Virus record (IMG/VR): IMGVR_UViG_3300022188_000006
Coordinates: 64,001 to 128,000 of that record
DNA: 64,000 nt
Source: a virus
Strand: one strand, 5' to 3'
The position numbers and the translations under genes were made by a program. The notes beneath the pieces were generated by a model. It was not told the DNA's origin. It ran no database searches and saw only the letters and a program-made list of their open reading frames with translations. The first letter of the stretch is position 1, and every line of letters starts with the position of its first letter. Below, in pieces: positions 18,741 to 28,183 of this stretch.

Positions 18741-19539
18741 GCAAAGCCTCGCTCGCGAAGTTCGACAACCTAAAGAACAACTGCCTCTTACTCGGGTTAT
18801 ACACGCACATTGAGCCGCTGTAAATCCACGACAAAACCTTGAATGCCTTCTCTCCCGTTAAATAAAGCACCGTTGGGCTCTGCCCACTCGGGCGCGCTCC
18901 CATCACGCCTATTTCCCTCTTTAGCACCTGTCGCAGATCCTGCAACCATCTATAACTTCCTACGTCCAGTACCAAAGAGCATCTTTCCGGCGTTGTGCCG
19001 GCGATTGTAGCCGCTATATCTACAAAAGCCCGTACATAGTATCTTCTGCACTCTGGACTGATCCCGAGGATTCTAGCCGGGCGATGCTTCGCCGCAGGTA
19101 TTCGCGCTTTTCTGCTCCTCACCCAGTTGAGAAGAGAAGGCTCATTCAGAGTCAGAAACACATGCTCTCTATCCCTGTCGCCTCTTAGCTCCCCACCGAG
19201 CACCCACAACAGCTTTCGTCCCAGGTCAACCGAGCCAGGCCCGCTTATTTCTATGTGAATCTCAGACCCCATCCTTCGTCCGGAGACCGACAACAACGCC
19301 TCAAGGTAGCCCTCGGTCTCCGCGCTCCAATGTTGCTGCCACACAGTCTTAGACCTCCGCCCTAATAACTTTCTCATCGGCACAAGACCGTGTTCCTTCA
19401 TTCGTTCAAATTGCCTTCGCACGCCATGCCTGCTTCTGCCGGTCAGCTTCTCGATCTTACTCCGCTCAAGCCCAAGAAGTCCCAACGAGACCGCTAGGAC
19501 TTGCTCGTCTCTGCTCCAGCGTCTTCCGGCTTTCGACAT
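18724..19539 (-). CDS. HTH + degenerate LAGLIDADG-family protein
   Basis: N-terminal Myb/HTH-like RWSRDE...LTGRS..GVR; two degenerate LAGLIDADG helices (GYLEALLSVSG, YVRAFVDIAA); C-terminal WIY...SKR typical of phage LAGLIDADG proteins. Confidence 0.62.
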   Translation of the reverse strand: MSKAGRRWSRDEQVLAVSLGLLGLERSKIEKLTGRSRHGVRRQFERMKEHGLVPMRKLLGRRSKTVWQQHWSAETEGYLEALLSVSGRRMGSEIHIEISGPGSVDLGRKLLWVLGGELRGDRDREHVFLTLNEPSLLNWVRSRKARIPAAKHRPARILGISPECRRYYVRAFVDIAATIAGTTPERCSLVLDVGSYRWLQDLRQVLKREIGVMGARPSGQSPTVLYLTGEKAFKVLSWIYSGSMCVYNPSKRQLFFRLSNFASEALLASER

Positions 19540-19549
19540 GTTCTGTCCT

Positions 19550-19588
19550 AAAACGAAGGGGCACCAAGCGCTGCGCTGGTGCCCCTTC
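19550..19588 (-). terminator. Rho-independent terminator after major capsid gene
   Basis: 12-bp stem GAAGGGGCACCA/TGGTGCCCCTTC followed by GTTTT. Confidence 0.8.
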
Positions 19589-19612
19589 TCCGGCTCAGGA
19601 CGTCGAATGTCC

Positions 19613-20974
19613 TCAGATGACCAGCGTCCTCCGGCGCAGGTTCTTCACCTTCACAATCGCATCGACGTTCTCGATCTCGGCATCCACCTGGTTGTAAATG
19701 ATGGACTCGATCTGGTCGGTGTTCTTGTTGAACTCGGTGAAGATACGAGTGCCGTCCAGAATGCCCCACACGAAGTTCTTGGGGTTGGCCAGCCACATGA
19801 AGCTGCCCTCGTTGACCGTGTGCGCAGAACCAGCGTTCGAACCGTTGATCGTGACGTCGGCGCTGGGCCAGGGGTCGTTCGCTCCGGGATCACCCAAGAG
19901 GCCGAGCACGGTCCACGCCTGCTGAGCCGCAGGCACAGGACGCAGCACGATGCTGCTGGCCGCACCAGTGGTCGGCGACTCAAGGCGCAGCTGATCCATA
20001 CGGTTGTCGCTGGCGAAGTTGGCATAGGCCAGGCCGTAGGCCCCGGAAGCCACGAAGGCGTCGTTGATGGCCTTGGCGATCTGCACGGTGTTCAGGGTGC
20101 CATGGGGCAGAGTCACGGTAATGTCGCCGTTACCGTCCACATTGAACTTCAAGGTGTCATTGGTGCTGTCAATCACGAACGGACCAAACTCCTTGCCCAC
20201 GATCTGGGCGGGAGACGCACTGGTGACAGTGATCGGCGCGTCGTCCGGAATCAACGGCACGCGCAGCATCGGGGTTCCCAGAGGCGCCATCTCAGCACCC
20301 TGCAGAGCGGCATCACCAAGGATAGTGCCACGGTCCGACACCACGTCGGCCCAGTCGACCGCAATCGCATCACCCACGATCCACCGGAGGCCGGGATCAT
20401 GCTTGTACTGCTTGGGGATGGTCCGCTTGGCCTGCGAGAACACGCCCTTCTGAATGGACGCACCCTTCACGTCCAAAATGTGGGCACTCTCGGTCTGGAG
20501 AGCCCAGCCGTCCAGACGCCGCAGCAGGCGAGCCTCGGCAGTGTTGCCGGTGGTTGTAGTATCGCCGTTGATGGCCAGATGTTCCAAGTCGGTCGCGATA
20601 CGCTCCACCATGGTGTTGATCACGGTCTGCTCGAAGTCGTTCTGTTCGATGTTGCCCTGGATAACCTCGGTGGTGATGTTCCAGGCACTCCGGACCTTCT
20701 TGGCCTGGAGGGTAATGCGCTGGAACTTGGCACGGGCGAGATTACCGGTGTCAGTAGCCTCATCCACGCTCTCAGTCACCGGCTCACCCACCCAGAGCTT
20801 GTCGATGTCCATCAACGGCCGGGGCATACGCACGAAGCGCGTCTGGGGAAGCAACACGGAAAACTTCTTCACGAGGGTAATGAACTGGGTCTGCTGAAGC
20901 GGGTTTAACAGGCCACCACTCAGAAGATCGCTCGTCTGAATGGATTTTTCCACCAAAAGTTCGTTCTGATCCAT
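19613..20974 (-). CDS. Major capsid protein (HK97 fold) with ~135-aa insertion
   Basis: GGLLNP.Q..F...IT.EVIQ.NIE....E......DLE.LAINGD...DGW...P.QY...L.NPKNFVWG; strong codon bias; follows the scaffold gene. Confidence 0.93.
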   Translation of the reverse strand: MDQNELLVEKSIQTSDLLSGGLLNPLQQTQFITLVKKFSVLLPQTRFVRMPRPLMDIDKLWVGEPVTESVDEATDTGNLARAKFQRITLQAKKVRSAWNITTEVIQGNIEQNDFEQTVINTMVERIATDLEHLAINGDTTTTGNTAEARLLRRLDGWALQTESAHILDVKGASIQKGVFSQAKRTIPKQYKHDPGLRWIVGDAIAVDWADVVSDRGTILGDAALQGAEMAPLGTPMLRVPLIPDDAPITVTSASPAQIVGKEFGPFVIDSTNDTLKFNVDGNGDITVTLPHGTLNTVQIAKAINDAFVASGAYGLAYANFASDNRMDQLRLESPTTGAASSIVLRPVPAAQQAWTVLGLLGDPGANDPWPSADVTINGSNAGSAHTVNEGSFMWLANPKNFVWGILDGTRIFTEFNKNTDQIESIIYNQVDAEIENVDAIVKVKNLRRRTLVI

Positions 20975-21026
20975 TTTCTTTCCTTCCTATTCGAAGACCT
21001 TCCGATCCCGTTAACCAACGAATAAA

Positions 21027-22904
21027 TTACATCTTGGACATGGCCTGCTTAGGGGCCAAACCAAGGATCCCACGCCAGACAGGCTGAGGACCATGGTCCT
21101 TCTGAATCTCGCCGTCCTGAATACCGCGCGGACCGCCCTGACGGGGAGCACCGGCGTTCTCTAGGGCTTCGAGACGCTTGCTGATCTCCTCAAACTTTTC
21201 ATTGGTCGAGGCCACCAGCTTCTCAGCGGTCTTCAGCACCATCTGACTTGTGGCTTCCAGACTCTTCTGGAGAACAGCGTCAATGCTCTTCTCCAGTGCC
21301 TTGCCGTAGTCGGCTGTCTCAGAAGCCTGCGGCAACTTGCTGCTCGCCTCCAGTGCCTGCTTCATTCCGGCAAGCTCGTCCTCGCTACCCGGCGACCCCG
21401 CAGCCTGACCCTCGCCATAGGCGGGAATCTTCCGCACGTCAGTCACCGAGGCGCGGGCCATGTCTCCCTCGCCTTCCTGCTTGTCGTCGTTAGCAGTGCC
21501 CTTCTTGGCAGCACTTTCAGTCGTCGGCGCGTAAGGCCCACCGTCGACGATCAGAGAAGCAACAGCCTCCGCGGCGTCTCCCTCGCCGTCGCCAGCCGCC
21601 TTCTCCATGACCTGCTCCGCGAGCAAGTACCGCACGTTCCAGAGCGCACCGCGCAGGGCTTCCTTCTCCACCGGACTCGCCCCACCAGTGTGCTTCACTT
21701 TTGCCAGAAGCAAAGCAATCTCCCGGACGATCTCCTCTTCGTCGGGCTCTTGCTTCTTCCGCTTCTGGATCTGGTTCCGACGACGCCGCGCCGCCATGAG
21801 AATCTTGGCAGCTTCTTCCTCCTCGGGCGTCATGTCGGTTTCTTCCTCTGTCTCGTCCTCCTCGGCCGCCTCTTCGTCCTCGGCCTTTTCCTCGGTCTCT
21901 TCCTCTTCCTCTTCTTCCTCACCGAGTTCGTCAGCAGCCTTCTCTTCTTCCTCTTCCCCTTCTTCTTCCTCTTCCCCTTCTTCCTCCTGGCCCTTCTGCT
22001 CTTCGTCTTCGTCGTCCATGGGCCAGCCCTTCTCTTCCTCTTCTTCCTCTGTCTGCTCTTCTTCCTCGCCCTCTCCAGCGGACCCGCCGGACAGAAGCTC
22101 GTCTACCTTCTTGGCTGTCTCCTCGACGGAGGACTGTTCGGAGGTTTCCTCTTCTTCACCCTCTTTCTTCTTGTCCTCCTCCTCGGACACAAGCCTGTCC
22201 TCATCGCTCTTCAACATATCTCCACCTCCGTTATTCTTTCCAAAAATTCGTCCGATACGAGCCAGGATACCAATACCCGTCTCGACATCCTCCAAAACCC
22301 CATCAGTCGCAGCCTTGTTCTCTGTCTGCTCCTGCGGTTCAACGTCTTTCCAGGCGTCCGCCTCATCGAGGGACTTCATGATGGCAGCCACAAAACCGGT
22401 CCTCGGGTTCGCCGCGTGTTTGGGCCGGGTGCAAGCGATGTGGTCGAGGTCCAAATCGTTGATCATCCTGACCAGACCCTTTTCGGTCATCTGAATTGAA
22501 ATCGCATTCGGGTTCTTGAGGTTGAGCTTGCCCCCAACGGACAGCTGCTTCTCGCACTTGCCGTCCTTTACCTCCTTAAAGAGTGCGCGTGCCTGTGGCC
22601 AGTCACCGTCCAGTTCGAGGTCAACAACAAAACGCCGACACTGTTTGCCGTCTTCCTCTTTGGTGATCACTGCCCCGTTTACTGTACGCCCGAACTCGAA
22701 GGTCGCCTTGTGGTTGTCCAGGAGCGGCACGCCACGCTTGGCGTCCTGGGCCATCTTTTCCAGCGCCTTCTCGCTCATCACGTCGCTTTGGAGATCCGCC
22801 AGGTCGTCACTCGCCACGGCCACCACGTGCATCTTGCCCTTCTCGTCCTGGTAGGCTTTCTCCACCATGACCGCGGCTTCCCAAGGGACTTCTTTGGCTG
22901 CCAT
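21027..22904 (-). CDS. Prohead protease - scaffold fusion
   Basis: AS....DLQ.D.MS..AL...LLDNH (His)...QLSVGG (Ser)...LDHIA.T...ANPRT, followed by a long Glu-rich and coiled-coil scaffold region. Confidence 0.9.
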   Translation of the reverse strand: MAAKEVPWEAAVMVEKAYQDEKGKMHVVAVASDDLADLQSDVMSEKALEKMAQDAKRGVPLLDNHKATFEFGRTVNGAVITKEEDGKQCRRFVVDLELDGDWPQARALFKEVKDGKCEKQLSVGGKLNLKNPNAISIQMTEKGLVRMINDLDLDHIACTRPKHAANPRTGFVAAIMKSLDEADAWKDVEPQEQTENKAATDGVLEDVETGIGILARIGRIFGKNNGGGDMLKSDEDRLVSEEEDKKKEGEEEETSEQSSVEETAKKVDELLSGGSAGEGEEEEQTEEEEEEKGWPMDDEDEEQKGQEEEGEEEEEGEEEEEKAADELGEEEEEEEETEEKAEDEEAAEEDETEEETDMTPEEEEAAKILMAARRRRNQIQKRKKQEPDEEEIVREIALLLAKVKHTGGASPVEKEALRGALWNVRYLLAEQVMEKAAGDGEGDAAEAVASLIVDGGPYAPTTESAAKKGTANDDKQEGEGDMARASVTDVRKIPAYGEGQAAGSPGSEDELAGMKQALEASSKLPQASETADYGKALEKSIDAVLQKSLEATSQMVLKTAEKLVASTNEKFEEISKRLEALENAGAPRQGGPRGIQDGEIQKDHGPQPVWRGILGLAPKQAMSKM

Positions 22905-22930
22905 AGTGTTACCTTTCAGTGCTGCGCCAG

Positions 22931-24802
22931 TTACTCGCGTTCATCTGCTTCCACTGTAAGCACCGCGCGTGTCTGGCTAAGAGCCTTCGCGTCCTCCATC
23001 AGGCTGCGTGCTAGGACAAGCGCCTGATTCAGGTCAACCTTACTTTTATTATGCACAGAACCACCCTCCAAGCCAAGGGCCTGCAAGGCAATTGCTTCAG
23101 TTCCTTCAGGTTCTTCCTCTCTCTGTTCTTCTCGGGCATCGACCGGTTTTTCCCAATCTTCGATGTTATCAGAAGCAGGCAAGGCTTCTTCCTCAGCACC
23201 ACCTGGAGCAGCCTCTCCAGCTTCGCCACCTCCCAACATTCCGCCCATACCAGAAGCAGCAGCCTCCTGTTGCGCCTGCGTCTGCTCCTTCTGGTGCTCA
23301 ATCTGGGACTTCCACTCACCAATAATAGCTTCTGCCAGTTGCATACTGAGTTCAGCCATAGCAACCTGCATAGGCTTGTCAGCGAACTTGTAATCAGACG
23401 GATATGGAGGCTTGCCAATGCTCTGCCGAAGTTCATTCGGAGTCAACGCACCAAGACTGGCATAGGTCTGATCCATCCGCGCAGTATCAAGCGGGTCCGT
23501 TAGCTTCATGCGCTCAAAGCGGAATCGAACAAGCGGAACCTCACCCAGAATCCCCGGAATAAGCTTCTGGTTGATGATGTATTCTTTTTCGAGTCGATCG
23601 GGTTCGAAGATTTGCTCGTTGGTGATTTCGCGCTGTACCTGCGCCGAAGCCTTGTTCACTGACTCTGCAGCAAAGAACGCCTGACTGATGCCGAATACCT
23701 CGCGAATCTCCTCGTCGTTGGCACTGCGGTATTGGTTGAAGCTGGCATCTTCAGTAACGCCGACCGTCAGAGGCTTCAGGTCTAGGCGAACGCGCTCCCG
23801 GTTTTGCTGAAAACCCGTACTAGTGGGTTCTGTTTGAACTACGACCAGAGCCCCCGCCTTCTCAACACCCTGGACTTTCGCTTTGAAGAACTCTTCAAGC
23901 TTTTGCACGGATTCAGGTGTGAGCCGCCCACCAGCAACGAGCAGTGCCATCCGCGGCACTGCATCGTTCTCAAAGAAGCTCACGTTCCGGATCGCCGCCA
24001 GACGGTTTCCACTGATGGCCGGCGCCGTCGAGACGTACCTAGGAGCCCCATACCACGTACTCGTGGGACTGTAGAGCTTGAAATGCAGAATTTCGCTCGC
24101 TCGGCGCTCTAGCGGAATGTTGTCTCCATATTGCCCCGTCTTGGCATCCATCTGCAGCGGGTCACCAAACTCCTTGAAGTACCGCTTCTCGCTTCCCCGA
24201 ATCTGGATGTAACCGCCTATGACAGGCGTTTTATCATTGCCTTTTTTGACTCTGATTCTCATGCTCACAGATGGAACATGGTAGATACTGACAATCTCGT
24301 TCTTCATGTTCCTGACCACTTCGAGGTAGCCATTCCCGGTCGCCTCCTCGTCGACTTTGAGTGCGAAAAACAACTGACTCGTCGGCATCTCCGGATTCGG
24401 CCTCTCAAAGAGGATACGCAATCGCTCCATCTGCGATTGGATCTTGCGCTTAATTTCCGGCTCGGTATCGGGGCCGATAGCCACAATCGGCTCGATGAAC
24501 CACCCGAGCCCGACTGTGTTCCTTGCGTAAGTTCTGATGCAGCGGCTAAGCCGAGTGCTCTGCTCCATAGCCGTCGCCCATACCTGCGGGTTGAACCTTG
24601 GCGGAACAAACTCCCCGCCAGCAAGAGCACTAAACGGGTCACCCTTGATCTGCTTGCTGGCATCCCCGCTTACTGCCTGTTGGTCAGCAGGCGCGTCAGC
24701 TTCGGCCGCTTTGCCAAATATAGACACGTTGAGTGCCCGCTCGGCACTTGTCACCGACGGCCCGGTCCTGCCTAGTACTGCCTCGTAATCAGCTTCCATC
24801 AC
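22931..24802 (-). CDS. Portal protein
   Basis: PN.......D.EATGNGYLEVVRN...EILHFK.YSP.S..YG.P...N..FFEN.A.P...D.SF...EEI..VFG...LTPNELR. Confidence 0.93.
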   Translation of the reverse strand: MMEADYEAVLGRTGPSVTSAERALNVSIFGKAAEADAPADQQAVSGDASKQIKGDPFSALAGGEFVPPRFNPQVWATAMEQSTRLSRCIRTYARNTVGLGWFIEPIVAIGPDTEPEIKRKIQSQMERLRILFERPNPEMPTSQLFFALKVDEEATGNGYLEVVRNMKNEIVSIYHVPSVSMRIRVKKGNDKTPVIGGYIQIRGSEKRYFKEFGDPLQMDAKTGQYGDNIPLERRASEILHFKLYSPTSTWYGAPRYVSTAPAISGNRLAAIRNVSFFENDAVPRMALLVAGGRLTPESVQKLEEFFKAKVQGVEKAGALVVVQTEPTSTGFQQNRERVRLDLKPLTVGVTEDASFNQYRSANDEEIREVFGISQAFFAAESVNKASAQVQREITNEQIFEPDRLEKEYIINQKLIPGILGEVPLVRFRFERMKLTDPLDTARMDQTYASLGALTPNELRQSIGKPPYPSDYKFADKPMQVAMAELSMQLAEAIIGEWKSQIEHQKEQTQAQQEAAASGMGGMLGGGEAGEAAPGGAEEEALPASDNIEDWEKPVDAREEQREEEPEGTEAIALQALGLEGGSVHNKSKVDLNQALVLARSLMEDAKALSQTRAVLTVEADERE

Positions 24803-24822
24803 TTTCCCTCGCGGCCACAGGC

Positions 24823-25245
24823 CTACTGCTCAAAAAGAATTGCGTCACGCTTCACAATCAGCGTTTTTGCGAAATCCCACTCGTATCGCTTGTCCGGCCA
24901 GCTAGCCTGAAAGGCTAGATCATACTCCCCCAGCAGGGCATCAGTCTCATTCGCAGTGAGTTTTACAGAAACAATCCCGACGTTCGGATCGTTGATTGTG
25001 ACTCTGCTGTCACCGGTCGTGTAGTAGACTCCGACGGCGTTGTCGATGTGCCCGAGCATCTGAAAAGCCCAGGTAGTCGCCGAAGCCAAGTCCCCAAGCA
25101 CAGAGCCCAGTACGAACAGATGCAGATGCAGAGTCACTGAGTTGCCTTGCCACATACTGACAGAAGACACAAGCTCGGGTTCACAGAACCCAGCACTTCC
25201 GCCAGCAACATCGGCGTAAAAATCGTAGATGTCGGGGCAACCCAT
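24823..25245 (-). CDS. BppU-like beta-sandwich structural protein
   Basis: QGNSVTL...GIVSVKLT..ET..L.G.Y pattern. Confidence 0.5.
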   Translation of the reverse strand: MGCPDIYDFYADVAGGSAGFCEPELVSSVSMWQGNSVTLHLHLFVLGSVLGDLASATTWAFQMLGHIDNAVGVYYTTGDSRVTINDPNVGIVSVKLTANETDALLGEYDLAFQASWPDKRYEWDFAKTLIVKRDAILFEQ

Positions 25246-25256
25246 GCCATTGTCCT

Positions 25257-25294
25257 AAAACAGCGGGACCGGATGCCTTCGCGTCCGGTCCCGC
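25257..25294 (-). terminator. Rho-independent terminator
   Basis: GCGGGACCGGA...TCCGGTCCCGC stem followed by TGTTTT. Confidence 0.75.
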
Positions 25295-25304
25295 ACTTGG
25301 CAGA

Positions 25305-25553
25305 TCACTCACTACCGTCGGCCATGTCCGCCAGCTTGATGCTGCTACGTCCGGAAGCCAGCGCCGATTGGAAAGTAGCAAAGTCGGCCAACTGACTCGC
25401 GGCGTAGATACGGTCCAGCTCCTCCATCAGGGCAACGATGGCGTCCCGCAAATCCCACACATCGGCGCTACCGCGTGTGGCATCGGGACGGAGCTTCACG
25501 ACCTTGCCATCACCCAAACGTTTGGGGTCTCCACCACCAACAGGCATCGTCAT
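25305..25553 (-). CDS. Small hypothetical protein (possible head decoration)
   Basis: 82 aa, AGGAG SD, capsid-like codon bias, followed by a terminator. Confidence 0.6.
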   Translation of the reverse strand: MTMPVGGGDPKRLGDGKVVKLRPDATRGSADVWDLRDAIVALMEELDRIYAASQLADFATFQSALASGRSSIKLADMADGSE

Positions 25554-25561
25554 CTCCTTTC

Positions 25562-25903
25562 CTACGTGAATTCAGCCCACTGCACGGCCACAGCGTGATC
25601 CTCATCTGCTGCAGAAACGTTCTCCGTGCGAAATCTGACCTTGAACCCATTGGACAAAGCAATCGGATTTGGCACCCTAGCATTCGGAAACACATAGTGC
25701 GTGTTGCCAGTTCCCAGAACCCGATCAATGGTAAACACCTTTCCGCCGCCAACAGCCTCGACGATGATGTTTATCGCCTCCGTCTTTTTACGCTGATACA
25801 AGATGCTGTGCACAACATACGGGGAAGCGACAACGGGACCCGCAAGAAGATCCATCTGGTTTGCACCCGTCTTCGCCTGAAAATCAGTCTGTATTTGTCC
25901 CAT
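25562..25903 (-). CDS. Hypothetical beta-sandwich protein
   Basis: 113 aa, first gene after the promoter at 25961-25988. Confidence 0.6.
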   Translation of the reverse strand: MGQIQTDFQAKTGANQMDLLAGPVVASPYVVHSILYQRKKTEAINIIVEAVGGGKVFTIDRVLGTGNTHYVFPNARVPNPIALSNGFKVRFRTENVSAADEDHAVAVQWAEFT

Positions 25904-25960
25904 ATCGCAAACCTTTTGCTGTTACGGCCACCTAAACAAGCGGCACGACTCGGTATCTTT

Positions 25961-25988
25961 AGTATATCCCTCCGAGCAGAGCATTCAA
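25961..25988 (-). promoter_or_regulatory. Sigma70-like promoter
   Basis: TTGAAT-N16-TATACT. Confidence 0.55.
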
Positions 25989-26398
25989 GCCTTATCCGGC
26001 TTCGGCAGCTTATCGCTACGCTGCTGTCGCCAGTAAATCGCGCCAAAAGGGATACCGGCCAGAAGCGGTATCACCGGCCAACAACGAATCTGCTTGAGAA
26101 CATCTACGACCGAGCCGTGCATCGTCCAACAGACGATATCGAGCAGAATCGAAGCCCCCGCCACAGAAAAAAGTACCTTCGGCCGAGGTCCAGGGCCATC
26201 GCTCGTAATAAAAAAGTGCCCCATCAGGACACCAAATGCCAACGGGAGCGTAAATGACCGCATACCATAGAAAGCAATCACCTCGCTAATTGTGTCCCCG
26301 CGCTCGGGAACAAGAAACGGAATGACATCATAACCAATCAAGCCCGCAGCGACAAAAGCCAATAAGTATTTTGTTACCTTTCGCCATCCCCCAGCCAT
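25985..26398 (-). CDS. Multi-pass membrane protein
   Basis: About four hydrophobic segments, DTISE motif, GGAGG SD. Confidence 0.7.
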   Translation of the reverse strand: MAGGWRKVTKYLLAFVAAGLIGYDVIPFLVPERGDTISEVIAFYGMRSFTLPLAFGVLMGHFFITSDGPGPRPKVLFSVAGASILLDIVCWTMHGSVVDVLKQIRCWPVIPLLAGIPFGAIYWRQQRSDKLPKPDKA

Positions 26399-26408
26399 AG
26401 CAACCTCC

Positions 26409-26516
26409 TCACATGCGCAGCCCTTTCTCGGCCAGGCGTCTAACGACTTCCTCTTTGGGAATTGGCTGCTTCACTTTCACCTTCAAGACCCTACGTTCCT
26501 GTTTTTTCTCTGCCAT
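26409..26516 (-). CDS. 35-aa basic peptide (not in ORF track)
   Basis: MAEKKQERRVLKVKVKQPIPKEEVVRRLAEKGLRM with GGAGG SD; fills the intergenic gap. Confidence 0.55.
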   Translation of the reverse strand: MAEKKQERRVLKVKVKQPIPKEEVVRRLAEKGLRM

Positions 26517-26527
26517 ACAGCACCCTC

Positions 26528-27496
26528 CTAAGTATTCGGAACGGTTCTTAGAATATGGTCGAATTTTACCTTCACCGGCTGCTCACCATAAGTGGAGGTA
26601 TAGGCAAGCCGGATATAAAAGTACGGTGGGATATCTTTTGCGTCTGGGTAAACCGCCTCTAGTTGCCAATTCTTGGATACGTGGACCTTCTCTGCGAACG
26701 TAACAAGCACGGCACCAGCAGGCGCTATAACCCCGTCACAGTCGACGATCGCCACATCGAAGTAGTCACCCGGGTCAATGACGAGCCTGAATTTATCGCC
26801 AACTTGCATTTCGCTAAAAGAGCCCAAGCTGATCACCAACCCATCTTCGATGGTTACCGCGCTAGCCGTCTCACTCGTAACATCGACCGAGCCGGGTTCC
26901 CCTGTATCAGAAGTCCAGTCCAGTATCAAACTGCCATCCTGAATATCCGATACAGTGAATTCATACTTCCGGTGATGCTTCGTGAAATTGCTACCCTCGG
27001 CAATCTCGATAGTTCCATTGCCACTATTTTGCTCGTCCGCCGTCGCCAAACAATTCAGACAACCCTCATTCACGTTCTCATCCAGCATAACACGAAGACC
27101 CTGCAGCTTCATGGTCCTGTCATACTTGATATCGAAATTTGTAGTCTGCTTAGGCCGGGCAACAAAACCGTAACCTCGCCTATAGGCGTTGTAGCCGGAC
27201 AAGTCAACGAAGCCAACCTGCTTCGACTCAATGATTGTATTCGACTTCTTGATCTCGACTGGAATGTCCGCCTTTGGCATGGTCTCGCCACTGTGCGCCG
27301 CAACCAGATCATCCAGAGTCACCTTATCCTCATCCGGGAGATCGGCTTTGAAATCCACACTACAAACGTCGTTGTCCACGTCAACCCCGACCAGGGCAAT
27401 CGTAATCGACGAGTCCAGAATCTCCTGTTTAAGCCTGTCAGCACAAACCGCGCCGTTGGGAAAATCAGTACTGACCGAATAATTATAGCTCGCCAT
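26528..27496 (-). CDS. Hypothetical structural protein
   Basis: 322 aa, acidic and beta-rich, in the fibre cluster. Confidence 0.6.
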   Translation of the reverse strand: MASYNYSVSTDFPNGAVCADRLKQEILDSSITIALVGVDVDNDVCSVDFKADLPDEDKVTLDDLVAAHSGETMPKADIPVEIKKSNTIIESKQVGFVDLSGYNAYRRGYGFVARPKQTTNFDIKYDRTMKLQGLRVMLDENVNEGCLNCLATADEQNSGNGTIEIAEGSNFTKHHRKYEFTVSDIQDGSLILDWTSDTGEPGSVDVTSETASAVTIEDGLVISLGSFSEMQVGDKFRLVIDPGDYFDVAIVDCDGVIAPAGAVLVTFAEKVHVSKNWQLEAVYPDAKDIPPYFYIRLAYTSTYGEQPVKVKFDHILRTVPNT

Positions 27497-27508
27497 GGTT
27501 TCTTCCTA

Positions 27509-28183
27509 TCAGCAGAATACGACCAATCTTGCGCGTCTGATCTTTACGGAATCCCCATTATCGCTCTTGTACTTTAGCGTGACCGTGTGGCTACCGGCAC
27601 CGACCTGAGCAAGCGCTACACCCGAACGCGGACCCCAACCTGTATCCGTTGTATATCCCTCTGCGACACAATCGCCATCAAGTTCCACACGCAGCCACAT
27701 ACCAGAACTCCAGTGCCAGCCGCCGTCTACCTCAGCACTCCAAAGAATGACGATGTCTGCCGCGTCAGGCACCGAAAATGTACCACTCAGCTTGGTCTTG
27801 TACGTCTCCTTAGTGGTGCTAGAACTTCCGTCAGATGCCCACGAGTACCGTGTGCCACCCGGCTGACCAGCCGGACCTTGCGGTCCCTGAGACCCTTCTG
27901 CTCCAGAAACTCCCTGTGGCCCTTGCGGTCCTTCTTCAACCATTCCGTGAGTTGGTTCACGGAGATCGTTGTCAACTGAGTCAACCTCTGTCCCATCTTC
28001 AAGCTTTAGCGTGATCTTCCCGTCTTGCAGAGCCTGAGATAGGTCAGTTGAGAATCTCAACTCCCACAAAGGATATGTATCCATTAAGTCAAGATCCGTT
28101 GTGGGATGAGTGATCTTTAGGCCGCCAAGGTCGTAAAATACGACCTCCTGGGCCACTCCAGTTGTGCTGAGCAGAATCTTCAC
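27509..28183 (-). CDS. Short collagen-repeat protein with C-terminal beta-sandwich
   Basis: [25 protein letters not shown] segment followed by a beta-rich domain. Confidence 0.7.
   Translation of the reverse strand: MKILLSTTGVAQEVVFYDLGGLKITHPTTDLDLMDTYPLWELRFSTDLSQALQDGKITLKLEDGTEVDSVDNDLREPTHGMVEEGPQGPQGVSGAEGSQGPQGPAGQPGGTRYSWASDGSSSTTKETYKTKLSGTFSVPDAADIVILWSAEVDGGWHWSSGMWLRVELDGDCVAEGYTTDTGWGPRSGVALAQVGAGSHTVTLKYKSDNGDSVKIRRARLVVFC

Noticed and set aside
25985-26398. Holin call for the membrane protein
   Set aside because: No adjacent endolysin or recognisable holin motif; left as a membrane protein.
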